DNA of 31,987 nt, taken from positions 1-31,987 of the forward strand of contig CAYFKL010000001.1 of the NCBI GenBank assembly GCA_964343565.1, given 5' to 3'. The notes under the pieces were generated by a model. That model saw nothing but the letters and a program-made list of their open reading frames with translations, was not told the origin of the DNA and made no database searches. Both the position numbers and the translations under genes were made by a program. This document shows, piece by piece, positions 26,456 to 31,987 of this stretch. The stretch's first letter is position 1; every line of letters begins with the position of its first letter. Origin of the DNA: an uncultured Actinomycetes bacterium (GTDB lineage: Bacteria; Actinomycetota; Actinomycetes; Nanopelagicales; Nanopelagicaceae).

Positions 26456-28588
26456 CTATTGACCCCCTGCGTTCGAAGGCATGGGAGGCAGCACGCGACC
26501 ATCGGAAGTAAGCATTGGAACAGTTGTTGGAGGACCACTGGGATAAATTGATTTAAGTGGATCCACCTTGTTGCCAACCACTCCAAAAAGTGATTCATAA
26601 ATTTTTCTCACACTAGGCCCTGATGTGAGCGATCCAGTTCCACCTTGACTGACCATCATCACCACCGCGTAACGCGGCTTTTCACTGGGGGCATATGAGA
26701 CCAACCAACTTGTGGTGTCCTTCGGTGAGCCGTCGAGATTCTTTCCAAAAACCTCACCCGTGCCAGTCTTAGCGCTAACTGAAATCGGAAAACCAGAGAA
26801 TGGGTATCGGGCAGTACCTTCGGTAACTACTGCTCGAAAGGCATTCTGCATGAAATCGAGCGTCTTCTTATTAACCGGCAAAGTGCCCAATTTTTGTGGC
26901 GAAAATTCTTTTATGATTTTCCCCTTTGGATTCAAAATCGCACGAGCAATTTGGGGTTTCCACATGGTTCCACCATTGGCTACAGCCGAGTAAATCACAG
27001 CCATCTGCAACGGAGTCACTGTGGTGTCGCCCTGACCAATTGAAAAATTGACTGCATCACCAGCGCGAATGCGCATGCCATCCACGCAATTCTCTTTCGC
27101 TATAGCAATTAATAGCGGGGTCCGCTGAGCAGGAATTGCCTTGCTTTCATAGTTACAGAAGAAATCTTTATTGGCTTCATACCATTTTTTCTTCCAAGCA
27201 CGGTTGGCTAAACGACCCGAAACTTCGGATGGAAGATCTATTCCAGTCTGTTGTCCAACTCCAAACGCAGCAGCGGCATTAAAAAAATAATCTTTAACAT
27301 TGCTCTTTGGTGAAAGGCCGCCATCTTTCACCCATTGGTCATACGCGATTTGATACCAAACCGTGTCACATGAGAGCGCGATCGCCGTTCGCATCGGAAT
27401 TACTCCAGCTTTCTCTCCTTCAAAGTTCGTGAATACTCTGTCACCAATTTTGACGGATGCTGGGCAATTATATTTAGCGTTCAGGTCATAGCCTGCTTTG
27501 GCGGCAGCAGCCAAAGACACAACTTTAAATGTTGAAGCAGGCGCATACATTCCTTGAATTGCCCTGGAGAGCGCTGGTACACCATTTTTCTCGTCGAAAA
27601 GATCAGCCGCCTGTTTGAAACTTAATCCATCCAACCAAATATTTGGATCATAAGTTGGCCACGAGGCCATCGCTAACACTTGACCATTTGTTACATCAAG
27701 AACGATGGCCGCACCAGCATCAGCCTTATGAGCTCCTCGTTTATCACCAGGAGCGCCACCCCTTGCTCTATAAATTGCTGCTTGAAGTTGTTCTTCAACA
27801 ACTTTTTGTAAATGCGAATCGATTGAAGTTACCAAGTGATTTCCAGGAACAGGCGTTGTATTTTGCACTGTTTTCCTAACACTTCCACCACGATCAACAG
27901 TGACACGTTTGACGCCATTTTTTCCCCGAAGTTCGGCGTCATATTGATATTCCAAACCAGCCTTCCCAATCAAATCATTTGCATGTAATCCGGCAGACAA
28001 ATTCTTCTGAATTTTCATATCGTCAAGCGTGACAGGTCCTAGATATCCCAATACGTGTGCGGCATTCACTCCATCTGTTGCTGGGTAGTACCTAAATCCT
28101 TCGGCACGCGCGCTCACGCCGGGATATCTCTCTGCATGTTCAATGATTTGCAGCGCAACTGAACTAGCGGCAGCTTTGCTCACTGGAATTGGTTGGTAAG
28201 GAGAACCAGCCCAGCAACCTATTTTCGGCGCACCTTTCTCACCGCAGAGACGAGTCTTAGTCCACAAAGTTTCGTAATCACTTTTCAAAAGCGTTGCTAG
28301 TTTTGTGAGCACTGCTTTGCCTTTATCCGGTTGCTTCGCCAAGGCGGTGTGATCAACCGTTACGACTAAACCCGTTCGGTTTACCGCCAACGGCACACCA
28401 CGCGAGTCCAAAATCATGCCCCTGACAGCGGGAGTCACAATATCTCGGCTCTGATTATCTAAGGCAAGTTGTTGATACTTCGGCCCAGAAATAACCTGCA
28501 GGTAATACAACCTACCGAACAACGCCACAATCAAAGAGGAAACTAAGATCATAATGACAAGTAAACGGCGATCAGAGCGTTCACTCAT
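26456..28588 (-). CDS. mrdA: Penicillin-binding protein 2
   Basis: N-terminal TM, AHVLGY, GKAGLEYQYD, and transpeptidase motifs STFK, SCD and KTG. Confidence 0.96.
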   Translation of the reverse strand: MSERSDRRLLVIMILVSSLIVALFGRLYYLQVISGPKYQQLALDNQSRDIVTPAVRGMILDSRGVPLAVNRTGLVVTVDHTALAKQPDKGKAVLTKLATLLKSDYETLWTKTRLCGEKGAPKIGCWAGSPYQPIPVSKAAASSVALQIIEHAERYPGVSARAEGFRYYPATDGVNAAHVLGYLGPVTLDDMKIQKNLSAGLHANDLIGKAGLEYQYDAELRGKNGVKRVTVDRGGSVRKTVQNTTPVPGNHLVTSIDSHLQKVVEEQLQAAIYRARGGAPGDKRGAHKADAGAAIVLDVTNGQVLAMASWPTYDPNIWLDGLSFKQAADLFDEKNGVPALSRAIQGMYAPASTFKVVSLAAAAKAGYDLNAKYNCPASVKIGDRVFTNFEGEKAGVIPMRTAIALSCDTVWYQIAYDQWVKDGGLSPKSNVKDYFFNAAAAFGVGQQTGIDLPSEVSGRLANRAWKKKWYEANKDFFCNYESKAIPAQRTPLLIAIAKENCVDGMRIRAGDAVNFSIGQGDTTVTPLQMAVIYSAVANGGTMWKPQIARAILNPKGKIIKEFSPQKLGTLPVNKKTLDFMQNAFRAVVTEGTARYPFSGFPISVSAKTGTGEVFGKNLDGSPKDTTSWLVSYAPSEKPRYAVVMMVSQGGTGSLTSGPSVRKIYESLFGVVGNKVDPLKSIYPSGPPTTVPMLTSDGRVLPPMPSNAGGQ

Positions 28589-29145
28589 TTGCGCATCCTG
28601 CGGATTCCAAATTGGCTTCTAATCAGTGGGATGACGATTGGGGCGAGAATTGCATTCCATAGAAAAGATTTCGGTAACTCATTTCCAAAAAATTGAATTC
28701 CCGCTCTTGAATCTCCCATGATGATTCCACTAAAACCCCAAATGAGCAGTAGCCCCAGCAAACCGGCCAGGTAAACACCGGTTTCAACCAACGGAGAGTT
28801 TTCAATATCTCGAGAGGCTTCTGCATAACGCGAGAGAGCATAGGCTGTTATGGCACAAGTCAAACTCCAGTGACCCAATATCCCATCAGCAGGAGGCAAA
28901 ATATCTAATGCAACCCCTACAGCAAAACCAATGATCGTTGCTCTTACAGGAGATTCCTTCAACGCCCATGGAATAAAAAGCAAAAAAACTAAGTTTGGTC
29001 CTCCAAGAGGCCAATGAATCCTAGTTATAACAGTTGATTGCAGCAGCAGAGCAAGCAACGCCCACAGAGTAAATTGCAATGACCGAAGTGTTGGTGGTGC
29101 TGCAATTGAACCAACACTTGTTCGACCACCTCGAATACCTGCCAT
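28585..29145 (-). CDS. mreD: Rod shape-determining protein MreD
   Basis: Multi-TM protein between mreC and mrdA, with PNLVFL and GFAVGVALDILPP; ATGA overlap with mrdA. Confidence 0.9.
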   Translation of the reverse strand: MAGIRGGRTSVGSIAAPPTLRSLQFTLWALLALLLQSTVITRIHWPLGGPNLVFLLFIPWALKESPVRATIIGFAVGVALDILPPADGILGHWSLTCAITAYALSRYAEASRDIENSPLVETGVYLAGLLGLLLIWGFSGIIMGDSRAGIQFFGNELPKSFLWNAILAPIVIPLIRSQFGIRRMRK

Positions 29146-29147
29146 CG

Positions 29148-30083
29148 CTACGGCTTTACCTTTGCATCAGAGGTTGTTGTTGGAGATGGAGTCGCCGTTA
29201 CTGTTACCGTCACAGTTGGCGTTGGGATTGGTTTAGGAACCAGAGAATCCCGAGGATCTCGATCCGCACTTTTCAGTACTACTGCAACAGTGTCCAATGT
29301 TGACAGATTTACATACGGCTTTACTTCGGCAGTTCGAGTTAATGCACCTGGAGTTTGTTCAACTTTCACAACTCTGCCAAGTGGCACGCCAGGTACAAAA
29401 GGTTTACCACCCTCGCTACCTCTTGTTACAAGTTGATCGCCGATTCGAACTTCGGTCTGCGCGTCAAGCAATTCCAACTGAAGTGAATACCCGCCAGTGC
29501 CTGAAACAATTCCAAGCGCCTGAGTGCCTGCAAGTCTTGCTCCCACTTTAAATGTGTCATCGTTAATCATGAGAACAGTTGAATAGGAAGACGAAACATG
29601 AATTACCCGGCCTACTAAACCACCAGCCGAAATTACCGTCATATCAATCGTGACTCCATCTCGACTACCCACATCAATCCCCATGGTGTGCGAAAATCCA
29701 CCAGCTTGAGAGAGTGAAATTACTTTGGCCGGAACTACTCGATAACCTGCGTTACCAGCGAGGTTTAGAGTTTGCGCAAGTTGAAGACTTGAACTTTGAT
29801 TGCCTTGATCGGCGATTGCTTTTTCACGCAAAGTTGCTACGTCTTTCTTAAGTTTTGCAATAACTTCTCTATTGGAATTGATCTTGGTCAAATCTGTAAT
29901 AAATCTGCCGATTGGAGAGGTCACATTAGTCACTAATCTTTGGAGCGGACTAAAAAGATCAGATGCTACTGATCTGGGTGCATCAAAAGTTGAACCACCT
30001 CTTAAATCCAAGGTAATCGCTAGCAAAGAGATTACGACCAATGTCCCGAGTGTGAATCGGGCCTTGCGTCGATCTCGGTTCAC
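29148..30083 (-). CDS. mreC: Rod shape-determining protein MreC
   Basis: N-terminal TM, coiled coil, IDVGSRDGV, GLVGRV, GVPLGRV and a Pro/Thr-rich tail. Confidence 0.95.
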   Translation of the reverse strand: MNRDRRKARFTLGTLVVISLLAITLDLRGGSTFDAPRSVASDLFSPLQRLVTNVTSPIGRFITDLTKINSNREVIAKLKKDVATLREKAIADQGNQSSSLQLAQTLNLAGNAGYRVVPAKVISLSQAGGFSHTMGIDVGSRDGVTIDMTVISAGGLVGRVIHVSSSYSTVLMINDDTFKVGARLAGTQALGIVSGTGGYSLQLELLDAQTEVRIGDQLVTRGSEGGKPFVPGVPLGRVVKVEQTPGALTRTAEVKPYVNLSTLDTVAVVLKSADRDPRDSLVPKPIPTPTVTVTVTATPSPTTTSDAKVKP

Positions 30084-30085
30084 TT

Positions 30086-31114
30086 TTAGTGACGAGGTTC
30101 AGAGATGAGAACTTGTTGAAGTGCCTCAAACTCTTCAACACATTTGCCCGAACCATTTACAACAGCATCTAATGGATGCTCGCTGATGTGAATCGGCATT
30201 CCGGTTTCATGTCGAAGTCTTTCATCCAAGCCACGAAGCAATGCACCTCCACCAGTTAGAACAATTCCTCGATCCATGATGTCGCCTGAAAGTTCCGGTG
30301 GACATTTGTCCAAAGTCGATTTAACTGCATCAACTATCGCGTTTACTGGCTCATCGATCGCTCGACGAATCTCTTCTGCGGATACCACAATCGTCTTTGG
30401 CAGACCACTGACTAAGTCACGCCCTCTAATCTCGGCATCCGCTTCATTTGGGGTTGGGAATGCTGACCCGATCGCCATCTTGATTTCTTCAGCAGTTCTC
30501 TCTCCTAGCAGAAGCGAGTACTCCTTTTTGACCCAAGTGATAATTGCCTGGTCCAACTCATCTCCACCAACACGGATACTTTGTGCAGTAACAATTCCAC
30601 CGAGTGAGATGACAGCAACTTCTGTTGTGCCACCGCCAATATCAACGACCATATTTCCAGTTGGCTCATGGATGGGAAGTCCGGCACCGATGGCAGCCGC
30701 CATCGGTTCTTCGATGATGTACACCTTACGTGCACCAGCAGCGTAGCCAGCATCTTTCACTGCTCTCTGTTCCACACCAGTGATTCCGGAAGGGACACAG
30801 ACAACTAATCGCGGTTTGGCAAGGTGGCGACGCTTGTGCACTTTCTGAATGAAGTAACGAAGCATTCTTTCGGTGGTATCGAAATCCGCAATGACACCAT
30901 CTTTAAGTGGACGAATTGCCACGATATTTCCAGGAGTCCTTCCGATCATTCGCTTGGCTTCTAAGCCAACAGCCAAAATTCCACCGGTGTTTTGATTGAT
31001 AGCAACAACACTCGGTTCATTCAAAACGATGCCGCGACCTCGAACATAAACAAGGGTATTGGCGGTACCAAGGTCGACGGCCATATCTCGGCCGATGAAA
31101 GAACTATTTGACAT
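30086..31114 (-). CDS. mreB: Rod shape-determining protein MreB
   Basis: [34 protein letters not shown] and TGGGALL motifs. Confidence 0.99.
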   Translation of the reverse strand: MSNSSFIGRDMAVDLGTANTLVYVRGRGIVLNEPSVVAINQNTGGILAVGLEAKRMIGRTPGNIVAIRPLKDGVIADFDTTERMLRYFIQKVHKRRHLAKPRLVVCVPSGITGVEQRAVKDAGYAAGARKVYIIEEPMAAAIGAGLPIHEPTGNMVVDIGGGTTEVAVISLGGIVTAQSIRVGGDELDQAIITWVKKEYSLLLGERTAEEIKMAIGSAFPTPNEADAEIRGRDLVSGLPKTIVVSAEEIRRAIDEPVNAIVDAVKSTLDKCPPELSGDIMDRGIVLTGGGALLRGLDERLRHETGMPIHISEHPLDAVVNGSGKCVEEFEALQQVLISEPRH

Positions 31115-31144
31115 TAAAAACCTTCGTTTGAGCGGGGACGGCTA

Positions 31145-31150
31145 ATGGTA
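31145..31150 (-). promoter_or_regulatory. Candidate -10 (TACCAT) for the mre operon
   Basis: TANNNT just after the ndk stop, followed by a short leader with AAGG before ATG 31114. Confidence 0.5.
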
Positions 31151-31154
31151 ACTG

Positions 31155-31571
31155 CTATCCGAAGAAGAGTGCGATTTCCCGTTCTGCACTCGCTTGGCTA
31201 TCCGAGCCGTGGACCAGGTTTTGCTGGACTTTTGCTCCCCAATCTCGGCCCAAATCCCCTCGAATCGTGCCTGGAGCTGCTGTGGTGGGGTCGGTGGTGC
31301 CGGCCAATGACCTGAATCCTTCAATCACTCGCTCGCCTTCCGCCACCATGGCTACGAGCGGCCCCGAGGACATGAACTCCAACAATGGTTCATAGAACGG
31401 TTTCCCGTTGTGCTCTGAATAATGCCGGGCCAGCAAATCTCGCTCAGCCAACATCATTTTTAAGGCAACGATCCGATAACCCTTACGTTCAATTCGGGCG
31501 ATGATCTCCCCTGTTAAGCCACGAGCCACACCATCTGGCTTTATCAAGATCAAAGTTTGCTCTTTGCTCAT
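31155..31571 (-). CDS. ndk: Nucleoside diphosphate kinase
   Basis: TLILIKPDGV, FMSSGP, APGTIRGD and NLVHGSD (catalytic His). Confidence 0.98.
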   Translation of the reverse strand: MSKEQTLILIKPDGVARGLTGEIIARIERKGYRIVALKMMLAERDLLARHYSEHNGKPFYEPLLEFMSSGPLVAMVAEGERVIEGFRSLAGTTDPTTAAPGTIRGDLGRDWGAKVQQNLVHGSDSQASAEREIALFFG

Positions 31572-31577
31572 AACCCC

Positions 31578-31583
31578 ATTCTA
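31578..31583 (-). promoter_or_regulatory. Candidate -10 (TAGAAT) for leaderless ndk, overlapping the DUF4233 stop
   Basis: TAGAAT-GGGGTT-ATG with a 6 nt spacer. Confidence 0.65.
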
Positions 31584-31889
31584 GCGGACGTATTTTCTTC
31601 CAATAACTATTGCAGCAATCCACAACAGTGCGAACACGCCACCCAAGAAATACATTGAGGTCACTGCGATGCCCATCAATATGGCAAGTACCTGAACGAT
31701 CGAACCAAGATAAATTCCCGTTGGTTTTCCCAACATTCCGGCGGCCAAAATCGCCAATACGATGATGATGCTTCCAATAAGAGTTGCCGGAAACTCATGA
31801 ACTTGAGTCAAATCTTTTGCAACTAACATTGCAAAGCCGGTTACGAGTGCCTCCATAATCAACACACTTGCGCATAAGGTTCTCATCAA
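31581..31889 (-). CDS. DUF4233-like small membrane protein
   Basis: MRTLCASVLIMEALV start, about 4 TM, and the usual position between folC and ndk. The start is TTG 31889 or ATG 31886. Confidence 0.85.
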   Translation of the reverse strand: MMRTLCASVLIMEALVTGFAMLVAKDLTQVHEFPATLIGSIIIVLAILAAGMLGKPTGIYLGSIVQVLAILMGIAVTSMYFLGGVFALLWIAAIVIGRKYVR

Positions 31890-31987
31890 GATTTTCTTTC
31901 TTTTAAGAATGTCCGAGCCTGTCCAACAGTAGTGACAGACCCCGTAATGAGTAGCGCCCTTCCTGGAGCATCAGCCAACTCCAAACC
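31886..31987 (-). CDS. folC: Folylpolyglutamate synthase/dihydrofolate synthase, 3' end only
   Basis: Manual translation gives GLELADAPGRALLITGSVTTVGQARTFLKERKS*. LLITGSVTTVGQAR matches the FolC C-terminal motif, and the synteny fits. Confidence 0.85.
   Translation of the reverse strand, partial: GLELADAPGRALLITGSVTTVGQARTFLKERKS

Noticed and set aside
29148-29240. Pro/Thr-rich MreC tail (PTPTVTVTVTATPSPTTT)
   Set aside because: Known type of feature in actinobacterial MreC; not novel.
328-30753. The remaining short ORF-track entries overlapping core genes (e.g. 5257-5589, 14732-15142, 23914-24342, 30276-30746)
   Set aside because: Antisense or alternative-frame ORFs inside well-supported genes, with no SD, promoter or recognisable motif.

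Overview
Chromosomal window from a streamlined actinobacterium, roughly 45-48% GC by eye. It resembles freshwater Nanopelagicales-type lineages, but that taxonomy is inference. From 6571 to the window end it is one co-oriented minus-strand run of core genes: folC(3' end)-DUF4233-ndk-mreBCD-mrdA-rodA-TIGR03960 radical SAM-TIGR03936-rne-dxr-RIP protease-ispG-GNAT-proS-TSUP-rimP-nusA-infB-rbfA-truB-ribF. This run joins two clusters that are usually separate and lacks rplU-rpmA-obgE, ylxR, DUF503 and rpsO-pnp at their usual positions. Positions 1-6574 are accessory. They hold a CoA-binding protein, a tightly coupled cupin/MFS/4-TM protein/MFS operon, and a divergent hemolysin III/TPR/CopD-like/His-rich small protein run. 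I found no RNA genes, CRISPR arrays, mobile elements or clear intrinsic terminators. The most interesting unexplained signals are: (1) a chain of micro-ORFs in the infB leader; (2) an rne promoter and hairpin-rich leader embedded in the TIGR03936 coding sequence; (3) the coupled double-MFS operon; (4) the CopD-like plus HEEHEH protein pair; (5) GC-rich patches beside internal promoters. All family assignments come from motif recognition, not database searches.
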